NCBI GenBank assembly: GCA_013205405.1
Contig: JABMMZ010000078.1
Span: forward strand, 2,616-66,615
Length of the DNA: 64,000 bases
Source: Bacteroidota bacterium
Lineage (GTDB): Bacteria > Bacteroidota > Bacteroidia > NS11-12g > UBA955
Reading direction: 5' to 3'
The position numbers and the translations under genes are program-made. A model generated the notes under the pieces. The model was given only the letters and a program-made list of their open reading frames with translations. It did no database searches and was not told the DNA's origin. Positions 10,454 to 21,024 of the stretch are shown here, in pieces (position 1 is the first letter of the stretch; each line of letters starts with the position of its first letter).

Positions 10454-11383
10454 ATGAAAAATTATTTATTGCAATTTAAAAGTTCAGCCTTTAATGGTTC
10501 ACTAACTTTATTTGGAAGAATATTATTGCCAAATATCCTTATCAGTATTATTACTTCCATATTTGCTGCCGTTCTTGTTCTGCCTTTAATTGCTAAAGGT
10601 TTGGGGATGAGCATGATAGATATGCAAGGAAAAAATCAAGCGCTTTTTAAAAATATAATGGAAAGTATCAAAGATGGCGAAAGTCCAGCCAGTGCTTTTG
10701 TTTCTAACTTAGGAGAGCCTAATGTTTTGCTCATATTTACAGGGGCTATTATTTCAATAATAATTGGTTGCTGGCATTTATACTTGCTTTTTAAATTAAA
10801 CGATAGTGAAGTTAGAACAGGAGATAATGGCACTTTGAGCGCTTTGAAAAATTCTTTCTCATCCAAAATTTTTAGCCTTTTAGGATTAGTTTTTATTATG
10901 TATTTATTGATAGTTGTTGGATTTGCATTAAGTGTTATTTTAGTTATTTTTATAATTAAAGGACTTGGCGTAATTGGCGGTATCATTGGTTTTTTTTTAT
11001 TTTTATTCCTAGTAGCTTTAACACTTCGATTTTCAATTGCGCCCGCTGCGATGATTCATGGCAATATGTCTATTAGTGATAGCATAGGCTATAGTTGGCA
11101 TAATATTACCCTAAGACGTTCTTTTTTATTACTTCTAATAAGTATTGTTTTTATGATTATTAGCGTTATTGCAACTGGTCTATTAACTATGCTTGTATAT
11201 TTAATAGTTCCAAAGGGAGATAATATGTTCTTATTTATTACTAGTCGAGTGATAAGTGGTGCAATAGCCGCTGTATTTTCTGCCTATATGTATGCTGCAA
11301 TAAGTGCTATTTACTTTAAATTTTCAACTGATGATGATGGTGAAATTCAAGAAGAGGAGATTCAAGAACACTTAATTAATTAA
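10454..11383 (+). CDS. Hypothetical integral membrane protein (multi-TM, acidic C-terminus)
   Basis: 309 aa with at least 5 hydrophobic helices; no recognised motif. Confidence 0.5.
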   Translation: MKNYLLQFKSSAFNGSLTLFGRILLPNILISIITSIFAAVLVLPLIAKGLGMSMIDMQGKNQALFKNIMESIKDGESPASAFVSNLGEPNVLLIFTGAIISIIIGCWHLYLLFKLNDSEVRTGDNGTLSALKNSFSSKIFSLLGLVFIMYLLIVVGFALSVILVIFIIKGLGVIGGIIGFFLFLFLVALTLRFSIAPAAMIHGNMSISDSIGYSWHNITLRRSFLLLLISIVFMIISVIATGLLTMLVYLIVPKGDNMFLFITSRVISGAIAAVFSAYMYAAISAIYFKFSTDDDGEIQEEEIQEHLIN

Positions 11384-11937
11384 TTTTCACTTATTTCTCC
11401 ATGAATATCCAATGGGCAGTCTTTACTTACTTTTGATTCTATTAAGCCTTTGATATCGTAACCTTTTTGTGGCAAGTAAGTCATATTGATTTCATGGCTG
11501 TTCAATAATTTCTCATCTTGAATAATGAGGGTTACCTTTTCTATTTCTTTATTTACATTGAACTGAATTTCTATTAATTTTAGCATTGGCTGCTTAACAT
11601 TACTACGATACGAAATAAAATAACGTCCGTTATTAAGTATAAAAGTATCAATATCATAAAGTTTCAATTGACTAAATTTAATAACTCCATATTGCTTAAA
11701 AACTGCTAATTCTTTGTCCCAATTAGGGTTTTTTATTTTATTTGAATTCACAGATTCTCCTTGAACAATAGTTTTATTCAGTATTAATTTCTTTTGTTTA
11801 AGAAGGTTAATTTCAGAATTAAAAAATGAATTTAAGCTAAAACCTTCCTTTTGTTTTTCAATAATAGGCTTACAACCTACCATTAGCCAAATCAATAAAA
11901 TTATATAAGTAAAGCACTTAAAACAATTCATTGCCAT
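11380..11937 (-). CDS. Hypothetical lipoprotein
   Basis: N-terminal signal with lipobox-like LMVGC; overlaps the gpmI 3' end by 20 nt. Confidence 0.5.
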   Translation of the reverse strand: MAMNCFKCFTYIILLIWLMVGCKPIIEKQKEGFSLNSFFNSEINLLKQKKLILNKTIVQGESVNSNKIKNPNWDKELAVFKQYGVIKFSQLKLYDIDTFILNNGRYFISYRSNVKQPMLKLIEIQFNVNKEIEKVTLIIQDEKLLNSHEINMTYLPQKGYDIKGLIESKVSKDCPLDIHGEISEN

Positions 11938-13444
11938 CCATTTCTACTGGTTTTTTAAGATTCATTAATTTAAGAATACTTGGCGCTATATCTGCCAATT
12001 TCCCTGCATTGGGTATCTGTATGCATTTATCACTTATAATAAAACACGGAACAGGATTCATACTGTGGGCAGTATTAGGCGTTCCATCCTCATTTCTGGC
12101 ATTATCAGCATTACCATGATCGGCCAATATGATAAATTGATAGCCTTTTGACAAGCCTAACTTTACAATTTTTTCCACACACGAATCTACCGTTTCAGCA
12201 GCTTTTATTATGGCTTCCCAAACACCTGTATGCCCCAACATATCTGTATTTGCAAAGTTCAAACATATAAAATCATGGATGTTATTTTCTAATTCATTTA
12301 ATATTTTATTTGTTAATGGAATAGCACTCATTTCTGGTTGTAAATCATAAGTGGCTACTTTGGGCGATTGCTCCATAATTCTTGTTTCACCTTTGAATGG
12401 CTCCTCTCTTCCTCCAGAAAAAAAGAACGTTACATGCGGATATTTTTCAGTTTCCGCACTTCTTAGTTGTTTTAAACCAGCATGGCTTATTATTTCACCT
12501 AAAGTATTTAAGGTATGATGGGTTAGGAATAAAATATGAATATTCTTATACGTTTCATCATATTCGGTCATGGTAGCATAATACAAGTTTAAAGCGCGCA
12601 TATTTTGTACTTCAAAGTTTTCTTGTGTTAATGCTTGACTAATTTGTCTACCTCTATCAGTTCTGAAATTAAAACACAACACAGCATCGCCTTCTTTTAT
12701 GGTTGCTATAGGAACACCATCTTTATCTGTTATAATACTTGGCCTTAAAAACTCATCTGTTATATTATCTCCATAATTTTCTTCAATAGCCTGACTAGAT
12801 GAGGTGTATTTATCGCCTACACCATTTACCATTAAATGATAGGCTAAGGCTGTGCGTTCCCATCTTTTATCTCTATCCATGGCATAATATCGTCCTACTA
12901 TACTTACTACTTGAGCATTGGTTTCCTTTATACCTATTTCTAGTTCTTCAATAAATTTTATGGCACTTTTAGGATCCGTATCTCTACCATCGGTAAATGC
13001 GTGAATAAATATTTCTTGAACACCTTTGCTATGCATTATTTTACATAATGAAATAATGTGCTGTAATTCACTATGAACTCCGCCATTACTTACTAAACCC
13101 ATTAAATGTAATGGCTTATTATTTTGAATACAATAACCTGCCAAATTCTGTATACTTTGCAATTTAGCAGCTTCCCCATCTTCAAATTGCTTATTGATTA
13201 AAGCTAATTGTTGCCACACCACTCTACCTGCGCCTAAATTCATGTGCCCTACCTCACTATTACCCATTTGCCCCTCTGGCAAACCTACTGCATTTCCAAA
13301 TGTAGTTATGGTTGTGTAAGGAACTGTTTGGTATAATGAATTTATAAATGGTGTATTAGCGTTTTGGATCGCATCCGTAAAATCCTTTTTACCTATTCCC
13401 CATCCATCTAAAATCATTAAAAAAGCTTTTGAATATTGAGACAT
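11918..13444 (-). CDS. gpmI: 2,3-bisphosphoglycerate-independent phosphoglycerate mutase
   Basis: MSQYSKAFLMILDGWGIG..., NSEVGHMNLGAGR, ADHGNAD: canonical iPGM motifs; 508 aa. Confidence 0.95.
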   Translation of the reverse strand: MSQYSKAFLMILDGWGIGKKDFTDAIQNANTPFINSLYQTVPYTTITTFGNAVGLPEGQMGNSEVGHMNLGAGRVVWQQLALINKQFEDGEAAKLQSIQNLAGYCIQNNKPLHLMGLVSNGGVHSELQHIISLCKIMHSKGVQEIFIHAFTDGRDTDPKSAIKFIEELEIGIKETNAQVVSIVGRYYAMDRDKRWERTALAYHLMVNGVGDKYTSSSQAIEENYGDNITDEFLRPSIITDKDGVPIATIKEGDAVLCFNFRTDRGRQISQALTQENFEVQNMRALNLYYATMTEYDETYKNIHILFLTHHTLNTLGEIISHAGLKQLRSAETEKYPHVTFFFSGGREEPFKGETRIMEQSPKVATYDLQPEMSAIPLTNKILNELENNIHDFICLNFANTDMLGHTGVWEAIIKAAETVDSCVEKIVKLGLSKGYQFIILADHGNADNARNEDGTPNTAHSMNPVPCFIISDKCIQIPNAGKLADIAPSILKLMNLKKPVEMDGNELF

Positions 13445-13456
13445 GCGGCAAATATA

Positions 13457-13510
13457 CTTTGCAAATAGTAAATGCCCATTATATTATTTGCAAATATTAT
13501 TTGCAAATAT
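13457..13510. promoter_or_regulatory. Three copies of a perfect 12-bp palindrome TATTTGCAAATA (two exact tandem 13-bp units plus one degenerate copy) in the gpmI upstream region; candidate operator/promoter element
   Basis: tttgcaaata at 13458-13467; tatttgcaaata at 13485-13496 and 13498-13509, all directly upstream of the gpmI ATG (13444, minus strand). Confidence 0.4.
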
Positions 13511-13518
13511 TATTACAT

Positions 13519-13550
13519 AAAAAATCCCAACTTCTGAGGGTTGGGATTTT
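13519..13550. terminator. Rho-independent terminator downstream of rpmE
   Basis: aaaaa-atcccaac-ttctgagg-gttgggat-tttt hairpin with flanking A and T runs. Confidence 0.75.
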
Positions 13551-13569
13551 AATATACTTTAATAAAAAA

Positions 13570-13818
13570 TTACTTTTTGTCGTAACGTTTTTTGAATTTA
13601 TCAATTCTACCTGCAGTATCTACAAGTGTTTGTTTGCCAGTAAAGAAAGGGTGACTTTTATCAGAAATCTCTAATTTATAAATAGGATATTCGTTACCGT
13701 CTTCCCATTTAACTGTTTCTTTAGTTTCAACACAACTGCGTGTTATGAATGAATAATCGCTCGTTAAATCTTTGAATACTACAAAACGGTAATTGCTTGG
13801 GTGTATGCCTTCTTTCAT
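13570..13818 (-). CDS. rpmE: 50S ribosomal protein L31 (type B)
   Basis: [24 protein letters not shown]...[21 protein letters not shown] matches L31. The ORF-track N-terminal extension is probably not translated. Confidence 0.9.
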   Translation of the reverse strand: MKEGIHPSNYRFVVFKDLTSDYSFITRSCVETKETVKWEDGNEYPIYKLEISDKSHPFFTGKQTLVDTAGRIDKFKKRYDKK

Positions 13819-13880
13819 GATACTTATTTTCTTTTTGGGAGTGCAAAAGTAAGTCAATGATTTTATTTATGCAAACCTTT

Positions 13881-15530
13881 TTAAAAATTATTTCTTTTTT
13901 GATTATAATTCAACCTTAAACCAAACGTAAGCATTCTGTTTTCTTGCTTACCTTGCTTTCTGTAATTAATGCCTAAATCTATGAATAAATTGTGCTTCAA
14001 CATATACGCAGCTGAAAAATCGGCAATTATTAAATTTTGAGAATTGCCTATAAACATAGCTGCATTATTGCTGGTTGCTCGAGTATTATTGTCTCTTAGA
14101 ATATTACTGCCGTAGTTTCTGCCTAAAAGAGAACTGTCTTTTCCTAGTTTAGTAGATATTATTGAAGCAGTTATAAACCATCTGTAAGCCGGTTTATATT
14201 TTATTTCTAAAATTACTTCACTAAAATTAGCCCCTAGTGGATGTGCTAATGGCTGATTAAAATGACTAAAACTTTGTGTAGTTCTAAAGTGACTGTAGGT
14301 GTATGGGCGCACACGGTTGTATTCTGCTAAAATATCCAATCGGTTAATTTTCATAAAATTAAAGGCTCGTCCGCCTATTTGATACCCATATTTATTCCCC
14401 CACCAATTGCGATTACTTTTTAGCTGTTTCAAACTAAGCTCATCTAAGAGAAATTGCCCATAAAACAAGTACCTCTTGCGCCAATTCCAATTAAAGTCTA
14501 AGGCTATCAAGCTATTGTCGCGACTGCCAAGATTGCTTTCTATAGCTCTATAAAAAATAACAGGATTTAAATAATTAAAATCAAATTGATTGGCTTGGGT
14601 GCTATCTTTTCTGTCAAAAACTACCATTTCATTTACCCCAAAGCTAAGATTTCTTAAAACATCAATACTTAAACGGTGAATAGCTGCGTATTTTTTTCCA
14701 AATAAAGTATTGCCTAGTATCTGCCCATTATCTGTAAATTGGGTAAAAAGGTTTTGATAATGAACCTTGCCAACATCTGAATTAATTTTAAAAAAAAGAT
14801 ATTGTGGGGCAAAATCATTTAAGATTAAAGAACGATAGCCATTGCCAATTTTATTTTTATCGTGTCCAAATTGAAATTTAATATAGTTTTTGGCTGCATT
14901 AAAAGTAATATAACCCCTTGCTTGAAAATAATCTACAGCTCCTTGTTTTTTAAATTTCTTAAAGAATAATTCATTGGGCACAAAATTTAAAGAATCTTGT
15001 AATTGCTGGTATTGTAAAGGTAATAATGCTTGATTTTCTGTAAAATAAGTATAAAAGCCTACCCCTTTTAAAGGACCACCAATATTACCCCAAATTTCTG
15101 CCCCTCTTGTATTTTGAAATAAGGTTTTGCCAGTGGCTGATTCTTGTCCACCCATAAAATTGATTACAGGATTAATAACCAATACATGATCTTCTTTTTT
15201 AATACTATAGAATGCACCAATATAATTGTAAAACATGCGTCTTTCATGTATTTTACCACCCACTTTATTCGGTCTTTTAATTTGTAAATTATCATTGCCC
15301 AAATAGCTTGAATTGCCACTATTATCCAATGTTCCTATGAGTTCCAATTGCTTCAAAGTATCTTCCTTATATCTTAATGGACGATTTGTATATTGCGTAC
15401 CTCTAAAATTAGTCACACTTTCTCTAATCAACTCATACTCCCCTAGGCTACTAGTAGGATAATAAATATGCTGCGCTTTTGACTCTATAATAACAACAAA
15501 AGAAATTAAAAGGATTACTTTTTTTAACAT
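13881..15530 (-). CDS. Putative outer-membrane beta-barrel protein (function unknown; Wzi-like size)
   Basis: Signal peptide, 549 aa, alternating-hydrophobic beta-strand character, C-terminal aromatic residue (…KRNNF). Confidence 0.5.
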   Translation of the reverse strand: MLKKVILLISFVVIIESKAQHIYYPTSSLGEYELIRESVTNFRGTQYTNRPLRYKEDTLKQLELIGTLDNSGNSSYLGNDNLQIKRPNKVGGKIHERRMFYNYIGAFYSIKKEDHVLVINPVINFMGGQESATGKTLFQNTRGAEIWGNIGGPLKGVGFYTYFTENQALLPLQYQQLQDSLNFVPNELFFKKFKKQGAVDYFQARGYITFNAAKNYIKFQFGHDKNKIGNGYRSLILNDFAPQYLFFKINSDVGKVHYQNLFTQFTDNGQILGNTLFGKKYAAIHRLSIDVLRNLSFGVNEMVVFDRKDSTQANQFDFNYLNPVIFYRAIESNLGSRDNSLIALDFNWNWRKRYLFYGQFLLDELSLKQLKSNRNWWGNKYGYQIGGRAFNFMKINRLDILAEYNRVRPYTYSHFRTTQSFSHFNQPLAHPLGANFSEVILEIKYKPAYRWFITASIISTKLGKDSSLLGRNYGSNILRDNNTRATSNNAAMFIGNSQNLIIADFSAAYMLKHNLFIDLGINYRKQGKQENRMLTFGLRLNYNQKRNNF

Positions 15531-15640
15531 ATAGCTTTGGCAAATTTAAGGGAAATTGAATTAGAAGTAGTAATGCTGTAAAACCAAAAAAATATTTATA
15601 AAAATTAATTTACCAAATAAAATTTTAGCTGTGAGAAAAT

Positions 15641-17554
15641 CTAACCCACCACTGCCACTCCCAACACTCCTGCTATTTGATTTCTTATATCCATTAACTG
15701 GATATAATATTGCATGCAGTTTTCTTGGACTTCAGGGGTTTCTGCTTCGGCAAATTCTTTTAAATGATTGGTAATTAATTCATTTACTTTATTTAATTTT
15801 AAAAACAGAAAAACAGATTGTAAATCTTTTACATAGTTTCCTTTTTCATCAGTTATAACAGTCCCATTCTCGGCCCAATAAGGACTTATTTCATATTTTT
15901 CTGTGAGATAAGTGCCCGCTAAATTTCTAATTTCTGAATTGGCATGGTTGATAAAAAACTGTTCGCTCAACGCTAGTTCTTCAGCCATAAAAGTCTGCAC
16001 TTCGTTTAATATTTCTTGATACAAAGGATGTTTTATTTCCAGTGCATCATCTTCATGTAATTCTTTAAAAATAAAATCAGCTACTGTTGCCTCTTCCATA
16101 AATTTTTTATACCCACTTTGTATTAATAATCTTACCAAACCTTCTTCTTGTTCAACCCCAGCAAAGTATTGCTCTGGTTGAGGAAGTGGTGCTTGCAAAA
16201 TTTCCTGTATTTCACTTTCTATATTTTGGCTAGAAATAAAACTACCTTTTTTTCTGAGTTTATTAATTTCAACTAACAGTAATTTTTCATCTGTATCCAT
16301 TAATTTACTGCATTCGCGCGCATAAGCTGCACGCTTAAGTGCGTCCGGAATCAATGAAATACTTACTAATAAATTTTTAACTACTTCGGTCTTTTTTATT
16401 GGATCATTAGCTACCCCTTGCATCAGTAAATCTGCCTTAAAGATTATAAAATCCTTATTTTGTGATACTAAAAAATCTTGAAAAGCTGAAGTGCCTAACT
16501 TTTTACAATATGAATCAGGGTCTTCCCCTTCTGGAAAACTAACAGTACGCACATTTAAACCTTGTTCTAATAGCAAATCTATTCCTCTGATAGAGGCTTT
16601 TACACCTGCTGCATCTCCATCATACAAAACTGTTACATTGTCTGTAAAACGTTTAATTAACTTTATTTGCCCTTCTGTAAGTGAGGTACCTGAAGAGGCA
16701 ACTACATTTTTAATTTCAGATTGATGTAAGGTGGTTACATCGGTATAACCTTCTACTAAAAAGCAATTGTTTTTAGCTTTAATTTCTTTTTTAGCTTGAA
16801 ACATGCCATAAAGCACATTGCTTTTATGGTATACTTCGGTTTCAGGCGAGTTTAAGTACTTTGGCGATTTATCATCTTTCACCAATTGTCTGCCACCAAA
16901 AGCTATCACTTTTCCACTTAAATCGTGAATAGGAAAAATAACTCTTTGCCTAAACATATCAAAATAAGTACCTTTTTCTTCGCGCTTTTTAATTAATCCT
17001 GCATCTACAAAAAAATCTAAATTAAACTTATTTTTTTCGGCTTCGTTTACCAAACTTTCCCAACCGGCTGGCGAATAGCCTAGTTCAAATTCATCAATAG
17101 TTTGTTGTGTAAAACCACGTTCTCTAAAATAACTATCGCCTGCTATTTTGCCTTCTTCAGTATGTAGTTGTTCTTTAAAATAATCTTTAGCAAAGGTTAA
17201 AGCTATAAGTAAACTTTCTCTTTTTTGTTGCTTTTCATTGTATGCTTCGCTATTTTGGTGCGTATCTTCTTCAAGCGTTATATTGTATTTGGCTGCTAAT
17301 TTTCTTATTGAATCTGAAAACGATAAATTATCGTGTTCCATTAAAAAACTAACCGAATTGCCTGCTTTGCCGCAACCAAAACATTTATAAATACCCTTAG
17401 CTGGTGAAACAGTAAAAGAAGGCGATTTTTCATCATGAAAAGGACAGCGCCCCAATAAGTTTGCACCTCTTTTTTTTAGGGTAATATACTCTCCTATTAC
17501 CTCGTCAATTATTGCCGAATTTAATACTAAATCTATGGATTGACGAGAAATCAT
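15641..17554 (-). CDS. dnaG: DNA primase
   Basis: Zinc-finger CPFHDEKSPSFTVSPAKGIYKCFGCGKAGN; TOPRIM region EGYTDV...LYDGDAAG. Confidence 0.95.
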   Translation of the reverse strand: MISRQSIDLVLNSAIIDEVIGEYITLKKRGANLLGRCPFHDEKSPSFTVSPAKGIYKCFGCGKAGNSVSFLMEHDNLSFSDSIRKLAAKYNITLEEDTHQNSEAYNEKQQKRESLLIALTFAKDYFKEQLHTEEGKIAGDSYFRERGFTQQTIDEFELGYSPAGWESLVNEAEKNKFNLDFFVDAGLIKKREEKGTYFDMFRQRVIFPIHDLSGKVIAFGGRQLVKDDKSPKYLNSPETEVYHKSNVLYGMFQAKKEIKAKNNCFLVEGYTDVTTLHQSEIKNVVASSGTSLTEGQIKLIKRFTDNVTVLYDGDAAGVKASIRGIDLLLEQGLNVRTVSFPEGEDPDSYCKKLGTSAFQDFLVSQNKDFIIFKADLLMQGVANDPIKKTEVVKNLLVSISLIPDALKRAAYARECSKLMDTDEKLLLVEINKLRKKGSFISSQNIESEIQEILQAPLPQPEQYFAGVEQEEGLVRLLIQSGYKKFMEEATVADFIFKELHEDDALEIKHPLYQEILNEVQTFMAEELALSEQFFINHANSEIRNLAGTYLTEKYEISPYWAENGTVITDEKGNYVKDLQSVFLFLKLNKVNELITNHLKEFAEAETPEVQENCMQYYIQLMDIRNQIAGVLGVAVVG

Positions 17555-17639
17555 TTTTTACAAAGGGCAAATATAATAAAGAATTATATGAATATAATTT
17601 GTAGCCGAAAATAAGTAGGACAGAATAAAATTATTATTT

Positions 17640-17849
17640 TTGAGTTTTAAGGTTATGAAAAAAGTATTTTTGATAATTCTAATTTTTATATTTAATCAAA
17701 GTTATTCGCAGCAAAAGGATACTTTGAAATACCAATTTAAAGTTAATATTTATTCTTTGGTTAATAAAGGATATGGAAGTGCTTTTAATTTGGGCTTTGA
17801 AACATGCCAAAAAAGAATAAACTATGGTGTAGATTTTTTTACATACTAA
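17640..17849 (+). CDS. Small hypothetical signal-peptide ORF, possibly the 5' piece of a frameshifted small OMP-like gene (continuation in another frame to ~17962)
   Basis: MKKVFLIILIFIFNQSYSQ..., then beta-strand-like text. Downstream +1 frame continues NKYRNGFASLDFNPVMSFKLAYKFGKK. Confidence 0.3.
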   Translation: MSFKVMKKVFLIILIFIFNQSYSQQKDTLKYQFKVNIYSLVNKGYGSAFNLGFETCQKRINYGVDFFTY

Positions 17850-17968
17850 TAAATATAGAAATGGATTTGCGTCTTTAGATTTTAATCCAGTAATGAGTTT
17901 TAAGCTTGCTTATAAATTTGGCAAGAAAAAACATACAAAAAAACCAAAAGTGAAATGGATTTAAATTC

Positions 17969-19078
17969 TTAAGCACTAACCAATTTAGGATTTTCTCCTA
18001 GTTGCGCCATCATGGCAAAATGCGATTTAACGGCTAACCAAAAACTTTTGAATTCATTGTGTGGCACGTTGTGGTTTTTGCAAATTTCTTTAACAATGGG
18101 TCGTATAGCAGGATAATGAACATGGCTTACTTTAGGGAACAAATGATGTTCTACTTGAAAATTCAAACCACCCAATGCCCAAGTAAGGAATTTACTATTC
18201 GGACTAAAATCAAATGTAGTTTTCATTTGAAAAATAGCCCAATCTTCTTCAATTTTAGCTATGTTTCCTAGGTTTTGTGCATCTGCAAAATCTACTCCTT
18301 GCACTATATGCGCCAATTGAAACACAACAGACATAACTATGCCCATTACAAAATTGTACAAAAAGAAGCCAATTAAGAACTTAGATACTCCTAAAAATAC
18401 AATAGGTGTAATTACCCAAACGGCAATAAAATAAATCTTAGTGAACCAAAAAATAAGATGGTTTTTTAAACTCATTTTAGGCAGTTCGGTAGTATGCACT
18501 TTATTGGTAAAGTACTTGTTAAAATCCATATAAAATATCCAAAACAAGGTAGAGATACCATATAAGAACAACATATATTTATGCTGATTTTTATGCATAC
18601 TGTTATACGGTTGATTAGGAGACATTCTTAAAAAAGGCGGTTTGAAAATATCATCATCTACCCCATCAATATTTGTATAGGTATGATGCAAAACATTGTG
18701 TTTTACTTTCCAATAATAACAATCGGCCCCTAAAAAGTTTAGACTGTATCCAAATATTTCGTTTATGGTACTATTATTAGAAAATGCACCATGACATGAG
18801 TCGTGCATAACATTAAAACCAATAAAAGCCATAAAAGTGCCCATGGTACATAGCATTAAAATACTTACCAAGTTAGGCAATTGAATACCAAACCAAGCAT
18901 TTGAAAATACAAGCGTAAGGTAAATACTAATAACCACGGCATACATAAAAAATGCTTTTAAAAACAAAGACGTATTACCTCTTTGACTTTTACCATTCGC
19001 TTTAAAATATTGTTTAATGGCTTCGCTTATATCTTTATGAAATTCTCTATTGTTGGTTGCAAATGTAATTTGTGGCAT
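17969..19078 (-). CDS. Membrane fatty-acid desaturase, front-end (Delta6-like/'linoleoyl-CoA desaturase'-type) without cytochrome b5 domain
   Basis: His boxes HDSCHG, HNVLHH and Q-type third box QVEHHLFP; 4+ TM helices. Confidence 0.85.
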   Translation of the reverse strand: MPQITFATNNREFHKDISEAIKQYFKANGKSQRGNTSLFLKAFFMYAVVISIYLTLVFSNAWFGIQLPNLVSILMLCTMGTFMAFIGFNVMHDSCHGAFSNNSTINEIFGYSLNFLGADCYYWKVKHNVLHHTYTNIDGVDDDIFKPPFLRMSPNQPYNSMHKNQHKYMLFLYGISTLFWIFYMDFNKYFTNKVHTTELPKMSLKNHLIFWFTKIYFIAVWVITPIVFLGVSKFLIGFFLYNFVMGIVMSVVFQLAHIVQGVDFADAQNLGNIAKIEEDWAIFQMKTTFDFSPNSKFLTWALGGLNFQVEHHLFPKVSHVHYPAIRPIVKEICKNHNVPHNEFKSFWLAVKSHFAMMAQLGENPKLVSA

Positions 19079-19196
19079 ACTTGTGGGGTATATTTACTGC
19101 AAAAATAATAATAATTAGGGTATTTAAAATGAATATTTATAGTAAGCTAATTTATAGGAATTTAAATTATTAAAAGAATAAAAATATTCAATAAAA

Positions 19197-19853
19197 TTGA
19201 CATTATTTTGCAGAATGTTTACTATTCAATCATTCTGTTTTAATCCTTTTCAAGAAAATACGTATTTGCTTTACAATGAAAATAAGGAAGCTATAATAAT
19301 AGACCCCGGCATGTATAATGCTTACGAACAAAAAGAGTTTTCAGATTTTATATCATCCAATCAGTTAACTCCTCAATTTTTATTAAATACCCATTGCCAT
19401 ATCGATCATGTTTTAGGAAACAAATATTGTATGGAAAAATACAATTTACCTTTACAAATACACAAAGACGATTTGCCTACTTTGCAAAATGCCAATGTTG
19501 CCGCTACTATTTACAGTATCCCTTATGACAAATCACCTGAGCCTTCAATTTTTTTAACTGAAAATGATTCCATTACTTTAGGTTTGGACATATTATCAAT
19601 TCTCTATACGCCCGGTCACTCTTCGGGCAGTATTAGTTTTTATTGCGAAGATCAAAATTTTATTATAAGTGGTGATGTTCTATTTGAGCAAAGTATAGGC
19701 CGAACCGACCTGCCTGGTGGGGATTTTCAAACACTGATAAACAGCATTAAAACTCAATTAATGCCATTTCCTGATATTACCCAAGTGCATAGTGGGCATG
19801 GCAATGTAACAAGTATTGGAAATGAACGCCAATTTAATCCGTATTTAACATAA
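19197..19853 (+). CDS. MBL-fold metallo-hydrolase
   Basis: HCHIDHVLG (HxHxDH), TPGHSSG, SGD. Confidence 0.8.
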   Translation: MTLFCRMFTIQSFCFNPFQENTYLLYNENKEAIIIDPGMYNAYEQKEFSDFISSNQLTPQFLLNTHCHIDHVLGNKYCMEKYNLPLQIHKDDLPTLQNANVAATIYSIPYDKSPEPSIFLTENDSITLGLDILSILYTPGHSSGSISFYCEDQNFIISGDVLFEQSIGRTDLPGGDFQTLINSIKTQLMPFPDITQVHSGHGNVTSIGNERQFNPYLT

Positions 19854-19905
19854 AAAAAGCCAACTCAAAAAATGAATTGACTTTTTAAATGACTTTAATA
19901 TTTGA

Positions 19906-20952
19906 TTAAATAATCAACATGGCATCGCCATAACATTGAAAATTATATTTCTTTTTGATAGCTTCCTTATAAGCACCCATCATAAAATCGTAATCACCGA
20001 AGGCTGCAGCCATCATTAATAATGTACTTTGTGAAGCGTGGAAATTAGTAATAAACGCATTGGCTATTGCAAATTCGTGAGGAGGGAAAATGAATTTATC
20101 TGTCCAACCGGTGCTTGAGTTTAAAGTACCAACCGAAGAAACTGAGCTTTCTAAGGCACGCATTACGCTACTCCCTACTGCTACTATTCTGCGGTTATCA
20201 ACTTTAGCACTGTTAATCAGTTTTGCGGTTTCTTCGCTAATACTATAGCTTTCTGAATCCATTTTATGTTTGGTTAAGTCTTCTACTTCTACATCTCTAA
20301 AAGCGCCCCAACCTAAATGCAATGTTAACTCTGTAAATTTAATTCCTTTAATATCTAAACGCATCATTAGCTCACGGCTAAAATGAAGACCCGCTGAAGG
20401 AGGCGCCACTGCACCTTCTACTTTGGCAAAAATAGTTTGGTAACGCTCTTCGTCTTCCTTTTTCAAAGGTCTATCAATGTATTTAGGAATAGGTGTTTCG
20501 CCTAATTTTTTTACTACTTTGTTAAATTCTTCTTTTGAACCATCAAACAAAAAACGAATGGTTCTACCTCTGCTGGTAGTATTATCTACCACTTCGGCTA
20601 CTAAATCATCATCGCCAAAATACAATTTGTTTCCTACTCTTATTTTACGCGCTGGGTCTACCAATACATCCCATAATTTTAAGTCTTCATTTAGTTCTCT
20701 TAAAAGAAAAACTTCAATTTTAGCACCTGTTTTTTCTTTGTTGCCATACATACGGGCAGGAAAAACCTTGGTATTATTCAATACAAAAACATCATCTTCA
20801 TTAAAAACTTCTAAAATATCTTTGAATTTTTTATGTTCTATTGTTTTAGCTTGTCTATCTATAATCATTAGTTTGCTTTCATCACGCTGTTTAGCGGGGT
20901 CTTGTGCAACTAGGTTTTGAGGTAATTCAAAATTAAATTTCGATAATTTCAT
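19906..20952 (-). CDS. queA: S-adenosylmethionine:tRNA ribosyltransferase-isomerase
   Basis: [30 protein letters not shown]... and full-length (348 aa) QueA-like sequence. Confidence 0.9.
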   Translation of the reverse strand: MKLSKFNFELPQNLVAQDPAKQRDESKLMIIDRQAKTIEHKKFKDILEVFNEDDVFVLNNTKVFPARMYGNKEKTGAKIEVFLLRELNEDLKLWDVLVDPARKIRVGNKLYFGDDDLVAEVVDNTTSRGRTIRFLFDGSKEEFNKVVKKLGETPIPKYIDRPLKKEDEERYQTIFAKVEGAVAPPSAGLHFSRELMMRLDIKGIKFTELTLHLGWGAFRDVEVEDLTKHKMDSESYSISEETAKLINSAKVDNRRIVAVGSSVMRALESSVSSVGTLNSSTGWTDKFIFPPHEFAIANAFITNFHASQSTLLMMAAAFGDYDFMMGAYKEAIKKKYNFQCYGDAMLII

Positions 20953-21024
20953 TTAGTGTATAATTGGGGTAAAAAAGGGTGCAAAAGTAACAAATAAAAT
21001 GGATAAATGAAATATAAATTATTC

